Source of the DNA: Alphaproteobacteria bacterium
Lineage (GTDB): Bacteria; Pseudomonadota; Alphaproteobacteria; Bin95
Direction of reading: 5' to 3'
DNA length: 64,000 bases
NCBI GenBank assembly: GCA_964291285.2
Contig: OZ219787.1
Location: 1,792,001 to 1,856,000 of the forward strand
Under the pieces are notes generated by a model. The model was given only the letters and a program-made list of their open reading frames with translations. It ran no database searches and was not told the DNA's origin. Both the position numbers and the translations under genes were made by a program. Positions 41,701 to 50,208 of this stretch are shown here, piece by piece (the first letter of the stretch is position 1; every line of letters starts with the position of its first letter).

Positions 41701-41916
41701 GCGGCGGCCGCCACGCGCCACCGCTTCCGCGCCGTGCTGCTCACCAGCCTGACGACGGTGCTCGGCCTCTCGCCCCTGCTCTACGAGCGCAGCGACGCCC
41801 TGCTCTTCCTGGTGCCGTTCGTGGCAAGCATGCTGGGCGGGCTCGTGCTGGCGGGCATGTTCGTCCTGTTCCTCCTGCCGGCGATGGTCATGATCGCCGA
41901 CGGCAGGCATGAATAG
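38776..41916 (+). CDS. RND efflux permease (AcrB/AcrD/AcrF family)
   Basis: 1046 aa; GIVVDDAVVVGE, GVVVNDALVL, RFRAVLLTSLTT. Confidence 0.95.
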   Translation: MSNMDDGGGSGGTGTPVQRGPIAWFAANPVAANLLMVFLIVAGAIAGSRLAVQDLPEFDQRRVSIMIPMPGASPTEVHEDVVRRVEEAIIGISGVSRVVSTAKEGIGLIDVELEVFADNAMVLNDVTRAIDALENFPPPNAEPPEIKLVRWRNDVVTIAVSSGAVTENQLRLAAESLRDSLLALPTVSHIRVEGTRDREITIELNEEDLRRNRLQISDVRQAISRDSLNLTFGELRTEAGGVVLQVVAKREHSAEFKDIPLITRLDGTVVTLGDVARIRDGFVDENVLTETAGVPAVFLRITATGRQSTKEMRNTVVEFLGGYSPPAHVSVNIWDDKVEATVERLTRIFANSAIGAALVFICLVAVLDLRVAFWTTFGIPLAFIGSLIFFAPAGLTLNMGTLFAFFLMVGIVVDDAVVVGESIATERARTGSALAAAISGARAVVGPLVVGAATTLIALVPLLFVTEGGWQIMRMIPYVALFVLIISLVEAFLILPAHLAYDRPWSAPPLSGWQGAVRGWLDGVRDSVVAATVSWSVRHVWMAVGIGILVVVCAVLLVRYHEVRVLFAEERTDISNSVQAELRLPAGSPFEATLAAAERFRDAAKGVNDDLGGAAIKSVSMVVGKILSTWPRDDAVRGEHVATVKAHLYRRPVRDAAPAEVERAWRARIGDISSLEHVEYVLTRGKIRPNLAYSIRHNDRELLQGAAQKLRSALAAIPGVYGVYDSLSPGKRQLEIEVTPAGKAAGLSPALLGAQLRARLHGAEAQRIQRGREEIEVVVRYPSERRRSLKELAGMRIDRPGGGEIPLFLAATLTEKQELAELTRIDGKPAVFIEARADAAVITPIQARRLIEDGVVRELRAAHPGIAVERDGGARNERRVLETLATLVPLALIAMYAVMAAFLRSYWKPLVAAAGIPAAFAGAVLMHWILGWDFNFMSIFGIVAVSGVVVNDALVLLDRYNIIRRENDALPAIAAAAAATRHRFRAVLLTSLTTVLGLSPLLYERSDALLFLVPFVASMLGGLVLAGMFVLFLLPAMVMIADGRHE

Positions 41917-41968
41917 GGCAGAACAGGCCGACCTCGGGGGGCATAACAAGGTTTGGCGAAACGCCGTT

Positions 41969-42063
41969 GAGGCGTGTGCGCTGTTCGGCAGTCCTTTCTG
42001 AGCAAGGGGCGCCGAATGGGATGAGATTTTTCTTACCCCATCGGCGTGTTTGATTTCTGCCGG
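41969..42063 (+). mobile_element. Degenerate left end of the same DDE IS family
   Basis: GAGGCGTGTGCGCTGTT...CTTTCTGAGCAAGG...ATTTTTCTTACCCC matches the 35671 left end. Confidence 0.75.
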
Positions 42064-42264
42064 ATCCGGCGCGCCGCCCAGTGCGGTTTGCGCGATTTCC
42101 ACTATCGGGACATCGTGCGCACGGAGGATGAGGCGGGCGAGTGGATCGAGGTCCATGACGGGCCGAAGGTCCGGCGGCGCTATCCGTTCAGCTATCCTGC
42201 GCAAGCCTGTAGAGACGTGGACAAGAGGGGTGCCGATTCTCACCAAAGGAGCCGGCGATTCTCA

Positions 42265-42354
42265 GTGCGCCGTGGAAAGGCGCGTTATCCCAGTGGGTGC
42301 GAATCCCGCCCAACCCTTGTCGCTTCGGTTGGAAGCAACCAGAGCGGCTTACGG
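42265..42354 (+). ncRNA. 5' fragment of a group II intron
   Basis: Begins GTGCG; GTGCGCC-GTGGAAA-GGCGCG hairpin, GGGTGCGAATCCC and GGAAGCAACC resemble domain I; no RT ORF or domain V present. Confidence 0.6.
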
Positions 42355-42427
42355 GTAAAAGTTCCGTCGGGCCGTGGAAGTCCTCCGGCTGATTGAACAG
42401 GAAGCCCGGCACCAGAGAGGATTTTAC

Positions 42428-42524
42428 CCTAAATCCGGCAGTTGAGGATGGCGGGGCCTTGCCGAATTCCTTGTAGTCTGCGGGTATGAGCGGCTTTTCA
42501 GGGGCCGAAGAGGCTCACCCTTTG
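42428..42524 (+). mobile_element. Truncated IS1380 copy (left end only)
   Basis: CCTAAATCCGGCAGTTGAGGATGG...GAGGCTCACCCTTTG near-identical to the reverse complement of 50112-50208. Confidence 0.9.
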
Positions 42525-42762
42525 CCGTGAAACAGATTCGGTCGAGGGGCGCGCGGAGCGGTTCCAACGCCGTGTTGCGGCGTTGGCGGGTATGGCCGGG
42601 ATCGGCTCGGCGGAGACGAGCGGTGGACTTCCCCGATGTGGCCCTTGGCGGTCCCGCGTTGCCGTCTGGCGTGTTTCAGGGGGCTCAGGCGGCGTTGAGT
42701 TCTGGCGCGTTGACGGGTGCGATGTAGCCGTATCGTCGGAGCATGCGGATCCATCGGGGGGC
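42525..42762 (-). mobile_element. IS110-family remnant (transposase C-terminus and right end)
   Basis: APRWIRMLRRYGYIAPVNAPELNAA* (42685-42762) resembles IS110 C-termini; end TTTCACGG-CAAA joins the IS1380 CAAA. Confidence 0.6.
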
Positions 42763-43383
42763 GGGTGTACGTCTGATTTGCCGTGAAAATGGTTGGGGAT
42801 CGGGCGCACAAAACCCCTCCCCGCCAAAGCACTGCTCCCGAGGCGTCCGATACTCGCCATCTGCGGCGCCCGTCTTGCGGACCGTGACCGGTAGGCAACC
42901 CCGTAAAAGCCCGAAGTCCCGCCCGCGCGGCCGGCACCTGTTTTCATGATACGGGGTGGCCGACCCGCCCGGCAATGGACGTTTTGCCGTGAAAATGGTT
43001 GGGGATCGGGCGCACAAAAACCCCACCCCGCCAAAGCACTGCTCCCGAGGCGTCCGATACTCGCCATCTGCGGCGCCCGTCTTGCGGACCGTGACCGGTA
43101 GGCAACCCCGTAAAAGCCCGAAGTCCCGCCCGCGCGGCCGGCACCTGTTTTCATGATACGGGGTGGCCGATCCGCCCGGCAATGGACGTTTTGTGAGATT
43201 CATGCTCTTGCGCTGGCGTGCCGTTCCCAGAAGTCGTCGAAGCGGTTGCTTTCGACGGCGCAGCGCAGGGCGATGATGGCGTTGGCGCCGTCGACGGTCC
43301 AGCGCATGCCGCCTTGCTTGAGGCGGGCGCCGACGATGTTCTTGCAGCCTCCCTCGACCACGCCGGAGGCAACGCACAGGCCC
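42763..43383 (-). mobile_element. ISKra4-family right-end remnant interrupted by the mini-element dimer
   Basis: GLCVASGVVEGGCKNIVGARLKQGGMRWTVDGANAIIALR...FDDFW (43200-43383); removing 42781-43193 restores GGGTGTACGTCTGATTTGTGAGATTCA. Confidence 0.75.
42781..43193 (-). mobile_element. Head-to-tail dimer of a ~207-bp non-coding mini-element
   Basis: Units 42781-42986 and 42987-43193 differ at about 3 positions; TTTG (CAAA) at every junction. Confidence 0.9.
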
Positions 43384-44078
43384 ACCGCCGTCGTTTCGTC
43401 CGGGAACACCCTGTTCCAGTCCCCGAAGGGCTGGTTTGCGGTGATCGGCAGGGATCGCCGCTCGTAGCGCGCCGAGATGAGTTCGAAGAGGACGCTGGTC
43501 TCGGCCCGGTCCTTCTGGACATAGGCGATGTCGTCGAGGATCGGCAGGTGGTAGCGGTCGAGCCTGGCCAGCATGGCTTCCAGAGCGAGCTCGCGGCGCG
43601 CGACCTGCATGCGCTGCACCAGATCGGTGGTGCGGGTGAAGAAGACACGGTATCCGTTCTCGACCGGGGCAAGGCCGATGGCGGACGCCAGATGGCTCTT
43701 GCCGACGCCTGGCGGTCCGAAGATGAGGCAGTTGGCGCCCTGGTCGAGCCAGGCGTCGCCGACGGCCAGGGCATTGACCTGTGCCTTCGAGATCATCGGC
43801 ACGACGCTGAAGTCGAAGGCGTCGAGGGTCTTGCCCGGGATCGGCCTGGCTTGCCTGAGATGGCGTTCGATGCGCCTGCGGTCGCGCTCGGCGAGCTCGT
43901 GCTCGACGAGGGTTGCGAGGAAGCGAGCGGCGGTCCATCCCTCGGCGTCGGCCCTCTTGGCGAAGCTCTGCCAGAGCTGGTTGATCGTCGGCAGGCGCAG
44001 ATCGGTGAGCATCGGGGAGAGCTTGATGGCGTCGACCTTGTTGGGATCGGCGGCGATCCTGTCCCGGTTGTCGGTCAT
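43384..44078 (-). pseudogene. istB: IS21 helper ATPase IstB, C-terminally truncated and fused in frame to ISKra4 tail
   Basis: GPPGVGKSHLA, LDDIAYV, LFELISARYER, ITANQPF. Confidence 0.85.
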
Positions 44079-44494
44079 ACCACGCCTCCCGCGTCGAGCA
44101 GGGTGCCATAGCCGGCAAGGAGCGGCCTGGCGATGCGGATGCTGGGCATGCTCCCCGGGTGCGGTGCGAAGCGCGCCTTGAGCTTGTCGAGATCGGGGAG
44201 CCGGTCGGCATTGAGGGCCTTGTCGATGGAGTGGGCGAGATCGGCCTCGCAGTTCTCCTCGTGGGCGAGCGCCAGGAGGGCGACCGCGAGCCGGCAGGCC
44301 CGGCGCTCGCCCACCCGCTCCAGGGCCGTCTCGAAGCAGCGCCGGCAGGCCTCGCGCCGGAACAGCGCGTCGCGATAGACCGGGTTCAGGAGCGCCATCG
44401 GCTTCTTCTTCAGCGAGTGGATGACGTGGCGGTAGTTGACGACATGAGCGTTGGGGCCGGTAGCGCCGGCGCGTCCGCGCGGCAGGGTGAGCAT
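44075..44494 (-). pseudogene. istA: IS21 transposase IstA C-terminal remnant
   Basis: TLPRGR...HVVNYRHVIHSLKKKPMALL...YRDALF; ATGA overlap with istB. Confidence 0.85.
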
Positions 44495-44518
44495 ATGGGT
44501 ACTACCAACGGCGCTGGT

Positions 44519-45578
44519 TCAGAACCCATTGGCCCATTTTCGGGTTCCGATGGAGGCGATGCGTTCTGGTTGTGAGACGAGATTGTTCCAGGCCTGGCAG
44601 CAGTGATCGAGTATGTCGTCGTAGTTCTGGAAGACGCGGTTCGAGAGCCGGTTTTCGCGCATGAACTGCCAGACATTCTCGACAGGATTGAGCTCGGGGG
44701 ACCGGGGCGGGAGCGGCATGAGGGTTATGTTGTCGGGCACTTGGAGGGTCGAGGAGGTGTGCCATCCGGCCCGGTCGAGCATGACGAGGGCATGGGCTCC
44801 GGGTTCAACGGTGAGGGCGATCCCGGCGAGGTGGGCGTTGAGTGCCTCCGTGTTGGCGTGGGGCATGACGAGGCCGGCGGCCTTGCCCTTATGCGGGCAT
44901 ATGGCGCCGAAGATGTAGGCCGGGATGGTTCTCTGGTCCTTGGGGGCTGACGGTCGGGTGCCGCGTTTCGCCCATCGCCGGGTGATCTTGTTCTTCTGCC
45001 CGACGCGCGCCTCGTCCTGCCACCAGACTTCGACCTCGACGCCGTCACCGAGTGCAGCGCGGATGTCCCTCAGGCGGTCGGGGAAGTTTTTTTGAACGCC
45101 GCCAACGCAGCTTCGTCCCGGGCATAGTGGCGCGGGCGCGCAGAGAGCCTGGCGTAGCCCATGCGACGCAACTCCTGTCCGACCGTCGTCACCCCCAGCG
45201 ACACGCCGAACTGCTCGCTGAGCCATGCCGCCAGGTCGCAGCGCCGCCACCGCACCACGCCGTGGATCGCCGGGTCCGGACCACTCTCCACTACCGCCGC
45301 CAGGGCCGCGCGCTGTTCCTCGCTCAGTTTGTAAGCCGGACCCGGAGCCTTGCGGTTCACCAGGCCCGCCGGACCCGCCACGTTGAAGCGCAGCACCCAG
45401 TCCCGAATGATCTGCAGCCCCACACCCGCTACCGCGCCGCGTCCAAACGACGATGACCGTCGTAGATCAGCGCCAGCGCCAGAAGACGACGGCTCTGTCC
45501 CCCGTCCCGGCTCCGCTTCGCAAGACCACGCAAGGCAGCCGCATCGAAATCCCCCCGCAACGGGATCGCCGCTCCCAT
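44519..45578 (-). pseudogene. IS630 transposase (orfA/orfB) with extra frameshift near 45435
   Basis: WWQDEARVGQK, LDRAGWH, SPELNPVENVW; A7 slippage site at ~45086-45093 between orfA and orfB. Confidence 0.88.
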
Positions 45579-48512
45579 CACAAACGTCCATTGCCGGGCG
45601 GGTCGGCCACCCCGTATCATGAAAACAGGTGCCGGCCGCGCGGGCGGGACTTCGGGCTTGTACGGGGTTGCCTACCGGTCACGGTCCGCAAGACGGGCGC
45701 CGCAGATGGCGAGTATCGGACGCCTCGATCGTGTCCCGAGCCGTGGTGTAAGAGCCTGGCGCCCGTGGCGGTGTCCGGCGGGTAGGGCCGGTAGGCTCAG
45801 GCTGCCACGGCGGGCAGCTTGACGGTTGCATTGTCGCTCACGGGAGCGATGGATTCCAGCGTTACGTATCTGGCTCTCTGGACGGCCCATTCGTCGTTCT
45901 GCTCGAGCAGGATGGCACCGATCAGGCGGGTGATGGCGTTCTCGTTGGGGAAGATGCCGACGGTGTTGGTGCGCCGCTTGATCTCGCCATGGAGGCGTTC
46001 GAGCGGGTTTGTGGAGTGCAGCTTGGCGCGATGCGCGGCCGGGAAGGTCATGTAGGCGAGAACATCGTGCTCGGCCTCGTCCATGATGGCGGCGAGCTTC
46101 GGCGCCTTGGGCCTGAGCTGGTCGGCGACCTGGCGCCACTGGGCGGAGGCGCTGTCTGCATCCTCCTGGGCGAAGGCGGTGGTGACGAAGGCGGAGACGA
46201 CGCGCCGGCCCTGCTTGCCGGCATGGGCGAGCAGGTTGCGCATGAAATGCACGCGGCATCTCTGCCATGTGGCGCCGAGGATGCGGGTCGCGGCGGCCTT
46301 CAGGCCCTTGTGGTCGTCGGAGATCACCAGCTTGACGCCGCGCAGGCCGCGCCGGGCGAGCGAGCGCAGGAAGTCGGTCCAGAAGGTCTCGGCCTCGGAC
46401 GCGCCGATCGCCATGCCGAGCACCTCGCGCCGGCCCTGGTCGTTGACCGCCACCGCGATGGTGACCGCGACCGAGACGATGCGCCCGGCCTCGCGCATCT
46501 TCACATAGGTCGCGTCCAGCCACAGATACGGCCAGTCGCCCTCCAGCGGCCGGTCGAGGAAGTCGCGGATCTTGTCGTCGATCTCGCCGCACAGCCTGGA
46601 CACCTGGCTCTTGGAGATGCCCGACATGCCCATCGCCTGCACCAGGTCGTCGACCGAGCGGGTGGATACGCCCTTGATGTAGGCCTCCTGGATCACCGCC
46701 GTCAGCGCCTTCTCCGCCATCCGCCGCGGCTCAAGGAAGCCCGGGAAGTAGCTCCCCTTGCGCAGCTTCGGGATCTTCAGCTCGACCGTGCCGGCGCGCG
46801 TCTCCCAGACCCGGTCGCGGTAGCCGTTGCGGTGCGTGATCCGGTCCGGCGAACGCTCGCCGTGCCCGGCGCCCGCAAGGCCCTCAACCTCAGACTTCCT
46901 GACCTCGTGACGATGTTTGTTGCGGGCGGCGTTCTGGGAACTTTTTGAGTTCGGTTCATTTTTCGTCTGTTTCGGCTGATTTTCGCTGGCTGCCGTGTCC
47001 AGGTTCGGGTATTTTAATTTGACACTGGATACGAGATTTCAACCATGTCGATTACCCTTCCCCTGAGCCCTCCGGAGGCGGTTCCGATCGGCAGCAGTTG
47101 TTTCGCCATTCTGATTTCGGACGACAGCTTCACCTACTTCTCCAACCTCGTTCCCTTTGACAGCCACGCCGCCGATGACCGCGCGGCCATGCTGTTGCGG
47201 ATCGGCCGCCTGGCTGCGATCAGCGCGGTCTCGCGGCAGGATCTGGCCGACGCTTTCGGTGTCTCGCGTGCAACGGTCCAGCGCGCACGACGGCGCTACC
47301 TGGCCGAGGGCGAAGCGGAGTTTCTGAAGCCCCGGCGCGGTCGGGGACCTTCGGTGTTCACGCCGGAGCTGGCGGAGAAAGCGACGGCGTTGCTGGAAGG
47401 GGGCCTGAGCGGCTCTGCGGTGGCCCGAGTTCTCGGCGTGTCAGCGCCGTCGGTCAACAAGTGGCGGCGGCAGGGGGTGATCGGCAACGCGGAGGCGTGT
47501 CGGGAGCGCGGCAGCGCGGCAGTGGCGGTGCCGCCTGACGCGGGTGGGGCGCCCGAGGGCAGTGTCGATGACGAGAGTGCCGGTGCCGCCGGGCCGGCGA
47601 CGGCAGCGGGGCTGGAGGCGCAGACGGATCGCAGCGCGCGCGACCGGCGGGACCGGCAGGCGCCGATGGGGCGCGCGACTTGCGATGTCCGGGCTCGGGT
47701 GTTGGCCAGCTGCGGGCAGGCGGGACCGGTCGAACCGCAGTTCACCGCCGCCGCCCGCGGCGTGCGCTTTGGCGGCGTTCTCGCCGCCCTGCCGGCCCTG
47801 CTGAAGGAAGGCCTGCTCTGCGAGACCGGCCTCCTGCCGTTGCTGTCGAAGGGCTACTACGGCCTGCCCACGATCCTGCTCTTCCTGGCCTTCATGACCC
47901 TGGCGCGGGTGCGCAACCCCGAGAGCCTGCGCTACCAGGCACCGGGCGAATGGGGTGCGGTTCTCGGTCTCGACCGCTGCCCCGAGGTCAAGACGCTACG
48001 GCGCAAGATCGGGCTCATGGCCAACGACGAAGCCAGCGTGCAGGCGTGGCAGCTCGCTCTTGCGAGACGCTGGCAGGAGGAGGAGCCCGAGCTCTGGGCG
48101 ACGCTGGCCGTTGACGGGCACGTCAAGGTCTACGCCGGCCGCAAGGGGCGCCTGCCCAAAAACACTTCGTCTCGCGCGAGAAGCTGTGCCTGCCGGCGAG
48201 CACCAGCTACTGGATCAACGCCTTGGGCGGCAAGCCCCTGCTGTGCCTGCACAAGCCGCTGGACCCGAAGATGGTCGCCGCGATCGAATCCGACGTGGTG
48301 CCGGCGTTGCAGGCGCTCGGGATCGTCGACGCCGGGACAGCGGACCTGACCGCCGGGCAGCCCGGCCAGCCCGTGCTCACACTGGTCTTCGACCGCGAGG
48401 GCTGGAGCCCGGAGCTGTTTCGCCGGCTGGCCAGGCGCGGCATTGCCTGCCTGACCTGGCACAAGAACTTCAGGGGCGGGGACTGGCCGGCCGAGGACTT
48501 CAGTGCGATGAT

Positions 48513-50208
48513 CCTAAATCCGGCAGTTGACAGGCTTGATCGCTGTCTCGGGGTAGTGTGAACGGCCGGATTTGGGCGTGGATTTCAGCACGTGGTCGCG
48601 GCCCTGGGTGGCGGCAGCCAGGGTTGACGCCCCGGTTCGCGGCCATGGAGGTATTTCCTGAGCGCCTCGGCGAGGATGCGGCGCCAGCGATCCCCGGCGC
48701 TCAACTGCTCCGCAGTTTGCGTCAGCGACCGGAAGAAGCCGGCGATCCGGCGCAGCGCCGCCATCACCGTCTTGCGACGCCCGTGATGGGAGGTCACCGT
48801 CAGCCGGGTCTGGCCGGCGTGGTGGGTCTGGCGGGCAACCCCGTGCAGGAGCAGCGGCCGGCTGGTGATCGCCTCGCGGTGATGGTCGGGGTCGGCGAGG
48901 CGCACGAACAGGCTCCACCAGTTGTAGATGAGCGCGACCAGCCGGGCCATGTGCCGGCAGCGCGTCAGGTCGCGCGTGGTGAAGCCGCCCCAACCCCACT
49001 GGTTCTTCAACTCGTCGAAGCCGTTCTCCGCGTCCGCCCGGTCGCGGTAGAGCTGGGCCAGCGAGCGTATCTCCAGGTCCAGCGAGGTCGCCAGCACCGC
49101 GAACTCCCACACCCCGGTGCCGGGCTGCGCCTCGGTCCAGAACAGCTCGCCCTGGGCCTTGTCGCCACGCGTCAGCGCCAGCGTCGCAGGAAGCCGCCGG
49201 CGCAGCACCACAACCCGGCGCGTCCGGCTCCAGCCCTGCAGACGCAGATCGGCCCCGATCCCCGACCAGCCCTGGCCTGCATCCTCCCAGCCGTCCCGCG
49301 CCATCAGCCGCTCGGCAAGCCGGCGCGCCCCCTTCGTCAGGCGCAGCTTGAACAGATAGTCCGGACCCGCAGCCTCGCACGACGCCATGTTGGCCTCGCT
49401 GCCCCAGTCCTTGTCGCCCCGCACCAGACGCGGCCAGCGATCCCGCCCAAGACGGTCGAGCAACGCCCACAAGGACGGCGCCGCGCGCCTCGAATGGTGA
49501 TGGTTGCCCGGCGCCACCTCGACATCCAGAACAAGCCGCGTGCCCGCCATCAGGAACGCATGGCAGGCGTGCGAGGGGCGGCCCGGCTTCTTCGGGTTGT
49601 AGCTCACAACCGCTCCCTCCTGACGACCGTAAAGCGCCTTGATCGTCGTGTCGCAGTCCAGAACCCACGGCTCCCTCAGCAGCGGACGGACCACCTCGTC
49701 CAGATGGCCCTGAAGCCACGATGTGCCGACATCCGCACCGATCCGCTCCAGACCGCGCCGCACCGAATCCTCGCTCGCAACCTTGTCCATACCCAGCAGC
49801 GCAGGGTTCACCCCGTCGCCGCGCAGCGACGTGATGTGCGCATAGCGGGACTGCCCCGCCAGAACCGACAGAAGAACCGTCCCCAGGACATCCCGCTTCG
49901 ACGGCGCGTTCGGGCTCGTGTAGTGCAGCGGGCAGTCCGCAACCAAAGCGTCAAAGCGACCGCTTACCTTCAGGTATTCCGAGAAAAACGCCAGATGCCC
50001 CAGCGGCGTCACCGCCGCATCAGGGTCCCATTCCACATGAACCGCGCCGCCGAAGGTGTCCACCTTCACCGACGCTCGGGCGACATCCCGCACAGCGCCA
50101 GGATAATCACCCAAAGGGTGAGCCTCTTCGGCCCCTGAAAAGCCGCTCATACCCGCAGACTACAAGGGATTCGGCAAGGCCAAGCCATCCTCAACTGCCG
50201 GATTTAGG
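48513..50208 (-). mobile_element. IS1380-family element, intact
   Basis: 18-bp TIR CCTAAATCCGGCAGTTGA; 5-bp TSD ATGAT (48508, 50209). Confidence 0.92.
48585..50150 (-). CDS. IS1380-family transposase
   Basis: LDCDTTIKALYGRQEGA, VRGDKDWG, YRDRADAENGFDELK. Confidence 0.9.
   Translation of the reverse strand: MSGFSGAEEAHPLGDYPGAVRDVARASVKVDTFGGAVHVEWDPDAAVTPLGHLAFFSEYLKVSGRFDALVADCPLHYTSPNAPSKRDVLGTVLLSVLAGQSRYAHITSLRGDGVNPALLGMDKVASEDSVRRGLERIGADVGTSWLQGHLDEVVRPLLREPWVLDCDTTIKALYGRQEGAVVSYNPKKPGRPSHACHAFLMAGTRLVLDVEVAPGNHHHSRRAAPSLWALLDRLGRDRWPRLVRGDKDWGSEANMASCEAAGPDYLFKLRLTKGARRLAERLMARDGWEDAGQGWSGIGADLRLQGWSRTRRVVVLRRRLPATLALTRGDKAQGELFWTEAQPGTGVWEFAVLATSLDLEIRSLAQLYRDRADAENGFDELKNQWGWGGFTTRDLTRCRHMARLVALIYNWWSLFVRLADPDHHREAITSRPLLLHGVARQTHHAGQTRLTVTSHHGRRKTVMAALRRIAGFFRSLTQTAEQLSAGDRWRRILAEALRKYLHGREPGRQPWLPPPRAATTC

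Noticed and set aside
42290-42312. tRNA suggested by GGGTGCGAATCCC
   Set aside because: No cloverleaf or TTC T-loop; better explained as group II intron domain I
42353-42429. Small MITE bounded by GGGTAAAA/TTTTACCC
   Set aside because: The inverted repeat is short, overlaps the IS1380 TIR and has no visible TSD; it may be intron structure
42781-43193. CRISPR array or coding repeat (ORF 42498-43154)
   Set aside because: Units are ~207 bp with no unique spacers and no cas genes; the ORF is the repeat translated and resembles no protein I recognise
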